DNA of 64,000 nucleotides, taken from positions 11,098 through 75,097 of the forward strand of contig JAWOEH010000202.1 of assembly GCA_046482855.1 (NCBI GenBank), read 5' to 3'. The notes beneath the pieces were generated by a model that worked only from the letters and a program-made list of their open reading frames with translations, ran no database searches and was not told where the DNA came from. The position numbers were made by a program, and so were the translations under genes. How positions within the stretch are numbered: the first letter of the stretch is position 1; each line of letters starts with the position of its first letter. Shown here piece after piece: positions 49,306-59,673 of the stretch. The DNA comes from Bacteroidales bacterium. Its GTDB lineage: Bacteria > Bacteroidota > Bacteroidia > Bacteroidales > UBA12077.

Positions 49306-51414
49306 TTATAGTAATTCAATTTTTCCTTTGGCGTTTTCTACCACTTTCTTCGCAATTTCCTTAGGTACTTCTGCATAATGCGAGAATTCCATAGAAGAAG
49401 TTGCGCGTCCGGAAGTTATTGTACGCAACACAGTTACATAGCCAAATTTCTCGGCCAGAGGTACTATGGCTTTAATTACACGCGCACCGCCTCGGTTCTC
49501 CATGCCTTCAACCTGACCACGACGACGATTAAAGTCACCGATAACATCCCCCATGTACTCTTCAGGGGTAACAACTTCGGCTTTCATGATCGGCTCAAGT
49601 AATACGGGCTTGGCTTTGGCACTTGCGGCTTTGAAGGCTTGTTTGGCAGCAATCTCAAATGATAACTGGTCAGAATCCACATCGTGATAGGACCCATCAA
49701 ACAAGGTCACTTTTATGGCTTCTACAGGATAACCGGCTAATACACCATTACTTATGGCGTCTTTAAAGCCTTTTTCTACCGAAGGAATAAATTCTTTCGG
49801 AATGTTTCCTCCTTTAATTTTATCGATAAACTGCACTCCTTCAACACCTTCATCGGCAGGGCCAATGGTTACCTGAATGTCGGCAAATTTACCTCGACCG
49901 CCCGATTGCTTTTTAAATACTTCACGATGCTCAACTTCCTGAGTAATCGCTTCCTTATAAGCAACCTGTGGTGCACCTTGGTTAATCTCTACTTTAAACT
50001 CACGTCGCAAACGGTCTACAATAATGTCCAGGTGCAACTCACCCATGCCACTAATAACCGTCTGACCACTATCGTCGTCAGTTTTCACAGTAAAGGTAGG
50101 ATCTTCTTCCGATAACTTGGCGAGTCCTAAATTCAGCTTGTCTAAATCCTTTTGGGTTTTAGGCTCTACTGCCAATCCGATTACCGGATCGGGGAACTCA
50201 ATTGATTCAAGCACCATCGGATGTTTCTCATCGGTAACAGTATCGCCTGTTCGCAGATCTTTAAACCCAACTGCAGCACAAATATCACCAGCTGAAATCT
50301 CCTCTTTGGGATTTTGTTTGTTTGCGTGCATTTGGTAGAGACGCGAAATACGCTCTTTTTTACCTGTACGAACATTCAATACATAAGAACCGGCACTCAA
50401 TTTTCCGGAGTACACACGGATAAATGCCAAACGCCCCACATATGGGTCGGTAGCAATTTTAAAGGCCAAACCAGAGAAGGGCTCATCATCGTTTGGTTCA
50501 CGAGTAGTTTTCTCGTTGGTTTTGGGGTCTTCTCCTTCAATGGTTCCAATATCAACAGGGCTTGGCAGGAATGCACAAACAGCATCTAACAAACGCTGCA
50601 CACCCTTGTTCTTAAAGGCAGAACCTAATAATACAGGAGTAATAGACATCTCCAAAGTTGCCTTACGAATCACAGCCTTAATCTCTTCCACGGTAATGGA
50701 ATCGGGATCATCGAAATAGCGCTCAAGTAACGCATCATCATGCTCTGCAATAGCTTCGATGAGGTTTCCTCGCCACTCTTCGGCATCGGCTTTTAACTCT
50801 TCAGGAATCTCTTCTAGAACGTATTTCGATCCCAACTCTTCGTCGGGGTACCAAATAACAGCCTTGTTTTCAATCAAATCGATTACCCCGCTAAAAGTCT
50901 CTTCTGAGCCGATAGGAATTTGAAGGGGTACCGGATTGGCTTTCAATTTTTCTTTAATGTCATTCACGACCCCAAAGAAATCGGCACCTGAACGATCCAT
51001 CTTATTAACGAAAGCCATTTTTGGCACACCATATTTATCAGCTTGACGCCAAACAGTTTCTGACTGAGGCTCTACACCACCAACGGCACAGAATACAGCC
51101 ACAGCACCATCCAATACGCGCAACGAACGCTCTACCTCTACGGTAAAGTCAACGTGCCCGGGTGTGTCAATGATGTTAATTTTGTGTTTTATGTCCTGGT
51201 AATCCCAGAAACAAGTAGTTGCTGCGGAAGTAATGGTAATACCACGCTCCTGCTCCTGCTCCATCCAGTCCATTGTGGCGGCACCATCGTGTACTTCGCC
51301 AATACGGTGACTCACCCCGGTGTAAAACAAGATACGTTCGGTAGTCGTTGTTTTACCGGCGTCGATGTGGGCCATAATCCCAATATTCCGTGTATGTTTT
51401 AGACCTTTACTCAT
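49306..51414 (-). CDS. fusA: Elongation factor G (canonical)
   Basis: 702 aa. It has the G motifs [17 protein letters not shown] and NKMD. It sits between rpsG and rpsJ. Confidence 0.98.
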   Translation of the reverse strand: MSKGLKHTRNIGIMAHIDAGKTTTTERILFYTGVSHRIGEVHDGAATMDWMEQEQERGITITSAATTCFWDYQDIKHKINIIDTPGHVDFTVEVERSLRVLDGAVAVFCAVGGVEPQSETVWRQADKYGVPKMAFVNKMDRSGADFFGVVNDIKEKLKANPVPLQIPIGSEETFSGVIDLIENKAVIWYPDEELGSKYVLEEIPEELKADAEEWRGNLIEAIAEHDDALLERYFDDPDSITVEEIKAVIRKATLEMSITPVLLGSAFKNKGVQRLLDAVCAFLPSPVDIGTIEGEDPKTNEKTTREPNDDEPFSGLAFKIATDPYVGRLAFIRVYSGKLSAGSYVLNVRTGKKERISRLYQMHANKQNPKEEISAGDICAAVGFKDLRTGDTVTDEKHPMVLESIEFPDPVIGLAVEPKTQKDLDKLNLGLAKLSEEDPTFTVKTDDDSGQTVISGMGELHLDIIVDRLRREFKVEINQGAPQVAYKEAITQEVEHREVFKKQSGGRGKFADIQVTIGPADEGVEGVQFIDKIKGGNIPKEFIPSVEKGFKDAISNGVLAGYPVEAIKVTLFDGSYHDVDSDQLSFEIAAKQAFKAASAKAKPVLLEPIMKAEVVTPEEYMGDVIGDFNRRRGQVEGMENRGGARVIKAIVPLAEKFGYVTVLRTITSGRATSSMEFSHYAEVPKEIAKKVVENAKGKIELL

Positions 51415-51463
51415 ATGAAAAATACCCTAACCTTTTAAATAATACGTTAAAATGTTTTACAAT

Positions 51464-51940
51464 TTAAAACCGAAAGTGTGCAAATGCTTTGTTGGCCTCA
51501 GCCATTCTGTGTGTCTCTTCTTTACGCTTAAAGGCACCACCTTCTTCATTGTAAGCTGCAAGCGTTTCTTGCGCTAATCGCTCCGCCATATTACGACCAC
51601 TGCGTTGGCGTGCAAACTTAATCATGTTCCGGATACTGATGGACATCTTGCGTTTTGGCGTAACTTCCATTGGCACCTGAAAGGTAGCTCCTCCAATTCG
51701 GCGGCTCTTTACCTCAACCATAGGTGTTACATTCTCCAACGCTTTCTTCCAAATTTCCAAACCCGATTTTTCTTGATCTTGTTTTTTCTTATCGACAATT
51801 TCGATCGCATCGTAGAAAACTTTGAGGGCGAGGTTCTTTTTCCCGTCCATCATCAAATCATTCACGAAACGAGTTACTAATTTGTCGTTAAACTTCGGAT
51901 CTGGTAACAGCTCCCTTACTTTTGGTTTCGACTTTCTCAT
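51464..51940 (-). CDS. rpsG: 30S ribosomal protein S7
   Basis: 158 aa with conserved S7 sequence, in the str-operon position. Confidence 0.97.
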   Translation of the reverse strand: MRKSKPKVRELLPDPKFNDKLVTRFVNDLMMDGKKNLALKVFYDAIEIVDKKKQDQEKSGLEIWKKALENVTPMVEVKSRRIGGATFQVPMEVTPKRKMSISIRNMIKFARQRSGRNMAERLAQETLAAYNEEGGAFKRKEETHRMAEANKAFAHFRF

Positions 51941-51961
51941 CTCCTAATTTCCTTTTGAAGT

Positions 51962-52336
51962 TTACTTTTTAGGCCTTTTAGTACCATACTTAGACCGACG
52001 TTGCGTTCTGCCTTCCACACCGGAAGCATCTAACGAACCTCGAATCAAGTGATAACGAACACCAGGTAAATCTTTTACCCTTCCACCGCGAATCAACACG
52101 ATAGAGTGTTCTTGCAAATTGTGACCTTCTCCGGGGATGTAGGCGTTCACCTCTTTACCATTTGTCAATCGAACCCTTGCTACTTTTCGCATCGCTGAGT
52201 TCGGTTTCTTTGGTGTTGTTGTGTACACACGTGTACAAACCCCTCGTCGCTGAGGACATGCATCCAATGCGGGTGCTTTCTTCTTTTCCTCAATGCGCGT
52301 TCTTCCTTTTCTTACTAACTGCTGTATTGTTGGCAT
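51962..52336 (-). CDS. rpsL: 30S ribosomal protein S12
   Basis: [12 protein letters not shown]... starts from the ATG at 52336. The tracked ORF starts 3 codons upstream at a TTG. Confidence 0.97.
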   Translation of the reverse strand: MPTIQQLVRKGRTRIEEKKKAPALDACPQRRGVCTRVYTTTPKKPNSAMRKVARVRLTNGKEVNAYIPGEGHNLQEHSIVLIRGGRVKDLPGVRYHLIRGSLDASGVEGRTQRRSKYGTKRPKK

Positions 52337-52380
52337 TATATACAACTATTTATGATACATTAGCTTACAAAATCGGTTCG

Positions 52381-52411
52381 CAAAGGTATTCTTTTTTTTG
52401 AAAAACAACAA
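52381..52411 (-). promoter_or_regulatory. Putative promoter of the str/ribosomal supercluster (-33 TTG, -7 TACCTTTG)
   Basis: The minus strand reads TACCTTTG at 52388..52381, 45 nt upstream of the rpsL ATG. TTGTTG lies 17-20 nt further upstream. Confidence 0.4.
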
Positions 52412-52641
52412 TTATTCAATACTTTTATTTCGTTATATTTAGACATTTATGAGCGATCATCTCTCATCCTTCCATGACTAATTTACCCTAATAACGCTAT
52501 TTTTCCCCTTTTGTAACAGGGATTCAACTAACCTAAGCCTAAACCCACACAAACAACCTGGTCTTAAGCTGCATAGCAGCAACACTCCAAATAAGTACCC
52601 GGCTCAAATGTAAGGTGTTTTTCAATTCATCCGCCTCTGAC

Positions 52642-52671
52642 TTGCATCTTTTGAAAAAATCCTTAATTTTG
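52642..52671 (+). promoter_or_regulatory. Putative promoter of the EF-G paralog (-33 TTG, 19-nt spacer, -7 TAATTTTG)
   Basis: TTG lies at 52642-52644 and TAATTTTG at 52664-52671. The ATG is 93 nt downstream. Confidence 0.4.
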
Positions 52672-52763
52672 GACAGCTAGATTTTATGACCCTAAAATCG
52701 AAGACTTTCCAATTACATAAATATTGGAGATAAACCTATTTATTAACTTAATACATTACCCTT

Positions 52764-54920
52764 ATGAAAACCTATAAAACGGAGGAAATAAAGAATGTTG
52801 CACTCATCGGCAATGCCGGTGCGGGCAAATCTTTACTAGCGGAAGCCCTGTTGTTCGATAGCGGAAAGATCGAAAGAAAAGGAACCATTGAAGGAAAAAA
52901 TACCGCTTCCGATTACAATAAAATTGAACAAGAGCAGGGCAATTCAGTATTTCCTACACTGCTGCATGTTGAGTTCAACAATAAAAAAATCAACATCATT
53001 GATACCCCCGGTGCCGATGATTTTGTAGGGGGTGTTATCTCTTCTTTTTCAGTAGCCGATACAGGCATTATGGTACTTAACGCCCAACACGGTGTTGAAG
53101 TAGGTACTGAAATCGTAAATCGCCACGCCGAAAGGCACAACAAACCCCTGATACTGGTAGCGAATCAGCTGGATCATGAGAAGGCTAATTATGAGCACAC
53201 ACTCGAGTCGGCCAGGCAACATTTTGGAAATAAAGTAGTGGTGGTACAATACCCGGTGGCTGTGGGCCCCGAGTTTAATGCCATTATTGATGTGCTGTTA
53301 ATGAAGATGTACAGGTTTGATGAAAATGGGAAACGAGAGATTGTTGACATCCCTGAAAGCGAAAAAGAAAAAGCCGACGAACTCCACAATACGTTAGTTG
53401 AAGCTGCTGCGGAAAACGACGAGAATTTAATGGAGTTATACTTCGATAAAGGCACCCTGGACGAGGATGAAATGCGCAAGGGAATCCATGCAGGCCTGTT
53501 AACTCGTGGTATCTTTCCTCTTTTCTGTACTTCTACTGAAAAGGGCATTGGCATCATTCGCATCATGGAATTTATTACCAATGTTGCACCCTCCCCACAT
53601 GAAATGCCAGCTCCTACAACCTCTGAAGGCGAGGAAGTTCCCTGCACAATCGATGCCCCTACAGCCATGTTTGTGTTTAAGTCGGCCATAGAGGAACACA
53701 TTGGCGAAATTTGCTATATAAAGGTGAACTCAGGAATGGTGAAAGAGGGTGCCGACTATATGAATAATAATACCGAAACCAAAGAACGTTTCTCGCAACT
53801 TTATGTGGTAGCCGGAAAAAACCGAACGAAGGTAAGTGAACTTGCTGCAGGAGACTTAGGGGCTATTGTAAAGTTGAAAAATACCAAAACCAACCAAACC
53901 CTTACCGACCCCAAAATAGGTTTTAAGTTTGATCCGATTGTTTTCCCCGAACCCAAGTACCGAACAGCTATTAAGCCTGTAAATGAATCGGATGATGAAA
54001 AATTAGGCGAAATGCTTAACCGCACACACGAAATCGATCCGACAGTCCAGGTTGAGTACTCGAAAGAGCTGAAACAGATCATCATTTATGGACAGGGTGA
54101 ACACCATCTAAATAACATGATCAAGTGGCACCTGGATAATGTCTATAAGATTGATGTGGAATTTCTCCCCCCAAAGATTCCGTATCGTGAAACCATCACA
54201 AAGGTCGCAGCATCAAGCTATCGGCATAAGAAGCAATCCGGAGGTTCAGGTCAGTTTGGGGAAGTACACATGGTTATAGAACCCCACAGTGATGATGCTC
54301 CTGAACCTTCAAAATTCAAAGTAGATGGTCAAGAGATTAGCGTTTCTGTGCGAAAAAAAGAAGAGTACCCATTGCAGTGGGGAGGTAAGCTGGTTTACTA
54401 CAACAGTATTGTTGGCGGGGCTATCGATGCTCGCTTCATGCCTGCAATTCTTAAAGGAGTAATGGAAAAGATGGAACAAGGTCCTCTTACAGGTTCCTAT
54501 GCACGCGATATTCGTGTAATTGTGTATGACGGGAAGATGCATCCGGTAGATTCTAATGAAATCTCCTTTAAACTAGCAGGGCGTAACGCCTTTAAGACAG
54601 CCTTTAAAAATGCAGGGCCAAAAATTATGGAACCTATATACGATGTGGAAGTACTGGTTCCTTCCGAACGTATGGGTGATGTTATGAGTGATCTTCAAGG
54701 ACGAAGAGCCATTATTGCCGGTATGAACAGCGAAAAGGGATTTGAAAAAATCACCGCACAAGTACCTCTGGCTGAGATGAATAAATACTCAACTTCCTTA
54801 AGTTCCTTAACGGGTGGCCGGGCAACTTATACGATGAAGTTTGCCAACTATGCACAGGTTCCTATGGACATTCAGGAAAAATTAATCAAAACGTTCGAAG
54901 CTGAAGAGAACGAGGATTAA
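52764..54920 (+). CDS. Elongation factor G paralog (EF-G2-like) with non-canonical GTPase motifs
   Basis: 718 aa, with five-domain EF-G length and similarity throughout. G1 is GNAGAGKS, G3 is DTPGADDF (no His) and G4 is NQLD. Confidence 0.85.
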   Translation: MKTYKTEEIKNVALIGNAGAGKSLLAEALLFDSGKIERKGTIEGKNTASDYNKIEQEQGNSVFPTLLHVEFNNKKINIIDTPGADDFVGGVISSFSVADTGIMVLNAQHGVEVGTEIVNRHAERHNKPLILVANQLDHEKANYEHTLESARQHFGNKVVVVQYPVAVGPEFNAIIDVLLMKMYRFDENGKREIVDIPESEKEKADELHNTLVEAAAENDENLMELYFDKGTLDEDEMRKGIHAGLLTRGIFPLFCTSTEKGIGIIRIMEFITNVAPSPHEMPAPTTSEGEEVPCTIDAPTAMFVFKSAIEEHIGEICYIKVNSGMVKEGADYMNNNTETKERFSQLYVVAGKNRTKVSELAAGDLGAIVKLKNTKTNQTLTDPKIGFKFDPIVFPEPKYRTAIKPVNESDDEKLGEMLNRTHEIDPTVQVEYSKELKQIIIYGQGEHHLNNMIKWHLDNVYKIDVEFLPPKIPYRETITKVAASSYRHKKQSGGSGQFGEVHMVIEPHSDDAPEPSKFKVDGQEISVSVRKKEEYPLQWGGKLVYYNSIVGGAIDARFMPAILKGVMEKMEQGPLTGSYARDIRVIVYDGKMHPVDSNEISFKLAGRNAFKTAFKNAGPKIMEPIYDVEVLVPSERMGDVMSDLQGRRAIIAGMNSEKGFEKITAQVPLAEMNKYSTSLSSLTGGRATYTMKFANYAQVPMDIQEKLIKTFEAEENED

Positions 54921-54934
54921 GAAAATCCCAATAC

Positions 54935-54964
54935 AAAAAAGAGGCGCTGAGCGCCTCTTTTTTG
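54935..54964. terminator. Bidirectional rho-independent terminator
   Basis: The sequence is aaaaaa-gaggcgc-tga-gcgcctc-tttttt, between convergent genes. Confidence 0.75.
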
Positions 54965-54994
54965 TTCATATTACAAATTCATCCGGGGAAAAAT

Positions 54995-56266
54995 TTATCG
55001 GAACAAATAAAGCGTCCCCTTCTCTTCATACTTAATATCATCCCAACCAACCGCTTCGATAACATAAAAATAAACCCCTTCAGAGGCATCTGAACGCCCC
55101 CTGTTCTTGCCATCCCATCCATCCCAATCGGCAATATCTCCTTCAAAAGCATGTACCTTAATACCTGCACGTGTATATATAGTAATATTAATATAGCGTA
55201 TCGATTCATCCTCTACCACAAACCTATCCAAATAATTATCGCCATTAGGGCTAAAGGCGTTAAGCAAATTTAATCTGGAAGGCAACACTTTTATGTCAAT
55301 ACGCACAGAATCTTCGCAGCCATAGGCACTGGTACTATAAAGCCAGGCTTTATAATCGCCCGTATAATAATACGTATGCTCTGGCGACAAAGCAAAATCG
55401 GTCGTACGCAAGGAATCCTCATCATTATCCATAAGCGTATCGCCATAAAAATAAAAATACTCCGCGCCATTTACTGAACGATTGGTAAACCTTACACGCA
55501 AAGGACTTGATTGTTCCGGAGCTTCAGAAGTAGTAAAGGCATCTGTCTCTTCATCATAATAAGCTGCTTCCCATCGTGCCTCAGTGGCAATAGCTGTATA
55601 CTCAACAGAAGTAGCTATTTCGCAACCTGCAGCATCACGCATCTTTAAAGTAAACTCGGTATCTTCTATAGGCAGATCCGCGGTTGAGGTATAATTATAA
55701 TTATAGTTTGGGATGTTGGCTTCGGGATCACTCTCCCATTGGTACTCATCGGGTTCATTTGCAAACGTTATCGTTTCCCCTGTGCCAGGATGATAATAGG
55801 TAAAGGGGGTGGTTGAGGGTGTCGCTTGCAGCTCTAACAAAGAGCAATCCAAGGGATTTATGACCTGAAGATCAAGTTCGGGTTCGGGATTTTCAACTAC
55901 CCAGGAGGTATATACTTGCTCCTCCGCTCCTTTCGTCAGTATTACACGAATTCCGCCTTTAGGAATTTCGGAAAGTTCTGACGAAGTACCATCTGAAGCA
56001 ACCGTAAAGTTTGACAGAGCAATATCAAAAGCATTCGACGCAGGATTGTATTGGTACCAATTAAAAGTAAATCCCCCTACATCCGTGCTATCAAAAGCAA
56101 CAAGGTTAGCCTCTGCAGCTATTTGGCCACAAAATACCAGGATTGAATCCGAAGAACTATAGGCCGTAACGAGTGTTGAATCCGCTGTATGAGCCAGCTG
56201 TGCACGAGTATTGATAGTCAATACAGTTAATAACACGACAAGAAAAAAGGGCTTATAATTATACAT
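54995..56266 (-). CDS. T9SS type-B sorting domain (gliding motility-associated C-terminal domain) secreted protein
   Basis: The signal peptide follows the ATG at 56266 (MYNYKPFFLVVLLTVLTINTRAQ). The C-terminal ~90 aa (FSPNGDNYLDRFVV...GVYFYVIEAV...GTLYLFR) match the CHU_C/type-B T9SS sorting domain. Confidence 0.75.
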   Translation of the reverse strand: MYNYKPFFLVVLLTVLTINTRAQLAHTADSTLVTAYSSSDSILVFCGQIAAEANLVAFDSTDVGGFTFNWYQYNPASNAFDIALSNFTVASDGTSSELSEIPKGGIRVILTKGAEEQVYTSWVVENPEPELDLQVINPLDCSLLELQATPSTTPFTYYHPGTGETITFANEPDEYQWESDPEANIPNYNYNYTSTADLPIEDTEFTLKMRDAAGCEIATSVEYTAIATEARWEAAYYDEETDAFTTSEAPEQSSPLRVRFTNRSVNGAEYFYFYGDTLMDNDEDSLRTTDFALSPEHTYYYTGDYKAWLYSTSAYGCEDSVRIDIKVLPSRLNLLNAFSPNGDNYLDRFVVEDESIRYINITIYTRAGIKVHAFEGDIADWDGWDGKNRGRSDASEGVYFYVIEAVGWDDIKYEEKGTLYLFR

Positions 56267-56394
56267 GTTGCTTCGTTTCTCTTTATTAGTATAAAAGGCA
56301 AATTTCTTTTGCCTGAGCATTCTCTCCCCCCAACTTAGATGAAATTAAGCTTTGCATGAAAGCTTTGCTGAATATCAGTCCTTGTTAGTGATAG

Positions 56395-56414
56395 GAATAA
56401 TTCATGAATTATTC
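56395..56414. promoter_or_regulatory. Perfect 20-bp palindrome (candidate operator) in a divergent promoter region
   Basis: GAATAATTCATGAATTATTC is exactly self-complementary. It lies between the T9SS-substrate gene (minus strand) and the helicase gene (plus strand). Confidence 0.35.
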
Positions 56415-56628
56415 AAGTTACAAATTCTCTTTAGAAACAAAATCTTTGGAAGGTAAAATTAAGCTTATTTCAGGCAATGGCCACATCTGCATGAAAAAAA
56501 GTTTATCTTCACCATTCATCAGGGATCAGAACAGTTAAAGCGAAAACTTTTACCGATGGGGGTTGTCAGAAAAAATTAGGCAACTAATTTTGCAACATTA
56601 TTTATACAAACGCAAAAAGGGAATTATC

Positions 56629-58977
56629 GTGCACGACTATTTAGAGGGATTAAATCCAGCACAACGTGCTGCTGTTGAAAATTTTAATGGCCCAAGCCTG
56701 GTAATAGCAGGAGCCGGCTCAGGCAAAACACGCGTGCTCACGTATCGCATAACCCATCTGCTTCGCAACGGAATTGCGCCTCATAAAATACTGGCATTAA
56801 CCTTTACCAACAAAGCGGCCTCTGAAATGAAAGAACGTATCGCCGCAGTTGTGGGATACGATGAGGCTCGTCATCTATGGATGGGGACATTTCACTCGGT
56901 ATTTGCCCGGATATTACGCACAGAAGCCCAGCTCTTAGGCTACTCGTCGTCATTCACCATTTACGATGCCATTGATACGAAAAACCTCATTAAGAAAATT
57001 TGTAAAGAGCTGGGGCTCGATGACAAACTGTACAAGCCCAACGATGTTTATGGACGCATCTCCTCAGCTAAAAACAACCTCATCACTGCGCAGGCCTATC
57101 AGGCGAATGGCCAGATATTGAGTCAGGACAACCACTCCAAGAAACCCCGCATGGCAGAAATATATGCGCTGTATGCCCGACGCTGTAAAGCTGCCGATGC
57201 CATGGATTTCGACGATCTGCTCCTGAATACCAATATTCTCTTTCGCGACCACCCTGACGTGCTTGCAAAATACCAGGATATGTTTCATTATCTTCTGGTA
57301 GACGAGTATCAGGATACCAACTTCTCGCAATACCTGATAATAAAAAAGCTTAGCCAGAAACGACAAAACATTTGTGTAGTAGGCGACGATGCCCAAAGTA
57401 TTTATGCCTTTAGAGGTGCCAAGATTGAGAACATGCTCAACTTCAAGAGCGACTATCCAAAACACCAACTCTTTAAACTGGAGCAGAATTACCGATCGAC
57501 CCGAATTATTGTCGATGCAGCCAATAGCCTCATTAAGAAAAACGACAAGCAGATTCCTAAGAAAGTATTCTCGGAAAATGCTGTAGGCGATAAAATTAAG
57601 GTAGTAGATCATGTTAACGATAAAGATGAAGCCCACTATGTTGCTCAATCGATACAAAATGAACGTATCGATTCAAATTTAGAATTCCAGGATTTCGCAA
57701 TCCTTTATCGTACCAATGCCCAGTCGCGAAATTTTGAAGAGGCCTTGCGTCGCTACAATATTCCTTACAAAGTATATGGTAGTATCAGCTTCTATCAGCG
57801 GAAAGAGATAAAAGACCTTCTGGCCTACTTCCGTGCAGCCCTCAATCCTAAGGACGAAGAGTCAATTACACGGATCATCAACTACCCTGCCCGTGGCATT
57901 GGACAAACCACCATGAGCCGTGTAGAAACCTATGCCAAGGAAAAGGGACTTCCCCTTTACGATGTTCTGACACATATCGGAGGGCACCCAACGGGCATTC
58001 AATCGGCAGCAGCTCATCGAATTCTGCATTTTGTTCAAATGCTCAACAAGTTCCGCACCTACATAGAACAAATGGATGCCTTTGAAGCGGCCCACCGTAT
58101 AGCAAATGACTCGGGGATCTTAAAAGATCTTTACAATCCCGACTCACATGAAGATCAAACAAAATATGAGAATGTGGAGGAGTTGCTAAACGGCATGAAA
58201 GATTATGTAGAAAACTTCGACGAAGAAGGCAGCCCCACACTCGACAAGTTCATCGAAAACGTAGCCCTGCTAACCAATGCTGACAACGAAAATGACGACG
58301 ATAAAAACAAAGTTGCCCTCATGACTGTCCACTCGGCAAAAGGACTTGAATTTAAGCACGTATTTTTAGCAGGAATAGAGGAAGATCTCTTCCCTTCCAA
58401 GATGTCGTCCTCATCGCAAAAAGATTTGGAAGAGGAACGCCGTTTGTTTTACGTTGCCCTTACCCGTGCCGAGATAAATGCCACTATCACCTACGCCAAG
58501 GAACGCTATAAATGGGGCATGCCCACACCCTCGAAGCCAAGCCGCTTTATAAAAGAGATTGACGAGCAGTTTCTTGATCTTCCCGAAGGCTATTTATTCG
58601 ACATATCTCCCTCGGGAGGCGACAGCTTATCGATATTTGAAGAGTCCTCAAAACCGCAATTCCGCTCCTCAACAGGAGGCGAAAAGAAGCGCAAACCCGC
58701 AAGTGCGCAAAGTAAGCCACAACCTATGCCACGTAATATGGTTCGCTTGTCGCAGGCTCAAAAAAAACTTAAGCAGCAAGGCGACCCCAATTTTCAAGCC
58801 GATGCCCCGGAATTATTAGAAGAAAATATGAAGGTACGGCACAGCCGTTTTGGTGAAGGTTCTATCGTAAGTATTGAAGGAGATGCCACTAACAAGAAAG
58901 CAAAAGTAAAATTTGTCAGCGGCGAAGAAAAAACCCTCTTGCTCAAGTTTGCCAAGCTACAAATTATCAAATCGTAA
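56629..58977 (+). CDS. ATP-dependent DNA helicase, UvrD/PcrA/Rep family
   Basis: It has SF1 motifs (AGAGSGKTRVLTYRI, LLVDEYQDTN, VGDDAQSIYAFRGA, QNYRS, TVHSAKGLEF). The tracked ORF opens at TTG 56563. The in-frame GTG at 56629 gives the usual ..YLEGLNPAQ N-terminus. Confidence 0.9.
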   Translation: MHDYLEGLNPAQRAAVENFNGPSLVIAGAGSGKTRVLTYRITHLLRNGIAPHKILALTFTNKAASEMKERIAAVVGYDEARHLWMGTFHSVFARILRTEAQLLGYSSSFTIYDAIDTKNLIKKICKELGLDDKLYKPNDVYGRISSAKNNLITAQAYQANGQILSQDNHSKKPRMAEIYALYARRCKAADAMDFDDLLLNTNILFRDHPDVLAKYQDMFHYLLVDEYQDTNFSQYLIIKKLSQKRQNICVVGDDAQSIYAFRGAKIENMLNFKSDYPKHQLFKLEQNYRSTRIIVDAANSLIKKNDKQIPKKVFSENAVGDKIKVVDHVNDKDEAHYVAQSIQNERIDSNLEFQDFAILYRTNAQSRNFEEALRRYNIPYKVYGSISFYQRKEIKDLLAYFRAALNPKDEESITRIINYPARGIGQTTMSRVETYAKEKGLPLYDVLTHIGGHPTGIQSAAAHRILHFVQMLNKFRTYIEQMDAFEAAHRIANDSGILKDLYNPDSHEDQTKYENVEELLNGMKDYVENFDEEGSPTLDKFIENVALLTNADNENDDDKNKVALMTVHSAKGLEFKHVFLAGIEEDLFPSKMSSSSQKDLEEERRLFYVALTRAEINATITYAKERYKWGMPTPSKPSRFIKEIDEQFLDLPEGYLFDISPSGGDSLSIFEESSKPQFRSSTGGEKKRKPASAQSKPQPMPRNMVRLSQAQKKLKQQGDPNFQADAPELLEENMKVRHSRFGEGSIVSIEGDATNKKAKVKFVSGEEKTLLLKFAKLQIIKS

Positions 58978-59041
58978 GATTTTCAGTCGTTTCTTTGAGT
59001 TCTATTGAATATTAGGCTATTTTTGTACAAAATACAAATAC

Positions 59042-59656
59042 ATGGAATATAATACTAGCAGAAAAAAAATGACACTGCCCGAATATGGCAGGAACATACA
59101 ACGCATGGTTGATTATGTGGTGTCAATTGAAGATAAGGAAAAGCGTAATCGCTTGGCACATGCCCTCATTGGCATTATGGGTAATATGAATCCACATTTA
59201 CGGGATATTTCCGACTTCAAGCACAAGCTGTGGGATCACCTTGCCATCATCTCCGATTTTAAATTGGACATTGACTCGCCTTACCCCCCCCCATCAAAAG
59301 AGGTTTTGGAACAAAAGCCCGATGCTGTTCCATACAGCAATGCTGAAATAAAGTACAAGCATTATGGCAAAACCTTGGAGTTATTGGTTGAAGAGGCCAT
59401 TGCGATGCCCGAAGGCGAAGAGCGCGATGCACTGATTATGCTCACTGCTAACCACATGAAAAAAAGTTACCTACAATGGAATAAGGATGCTGTAACTGAT
59501 GATGTGATTTTTAACGATCTGAAAAACCTATCGGGAGGGAAAATAGATCTTACGGGAAGCGATATTCAACTTTCTGAGGCAAAGGACTTCCAACCCAATA
59601 AGCCTAACAAGCCTAGCAAACCGCGTAATAAACGCCCCTATCGCAAGCACAAATAA
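59042..59656 (+). CDS. DUF4290-like protein (conserved partner upstream of murA in Bacteroidota)
   Basis: 204 aa. It has MEYNTSRKKMTLPEYGRNIQRMVDY and a basic tail. The family call is from memory. Confidence 0.6.
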   Translation: MEYNTSRKKMTLPEYGRNIQRMVDYVVSIEDKEKRNRLAHALIGIMGNMNPHLRDISDFKHKLWDHLAIISDFKLDIDSPYPPPSKEVLEQKPDAVPYSNAEIKYKHYGKTLELLVEEAIAMPEGEERDALIMLTANHMKKSYLQWNKDAVTDDVIFNDLKNLSGGKIDLTGSDIQLSEAKDFQPNKPNKPSKPRNKRPYRKHK

Positions 59657-59673
59657 CCCTTAACCTGTTCCAC

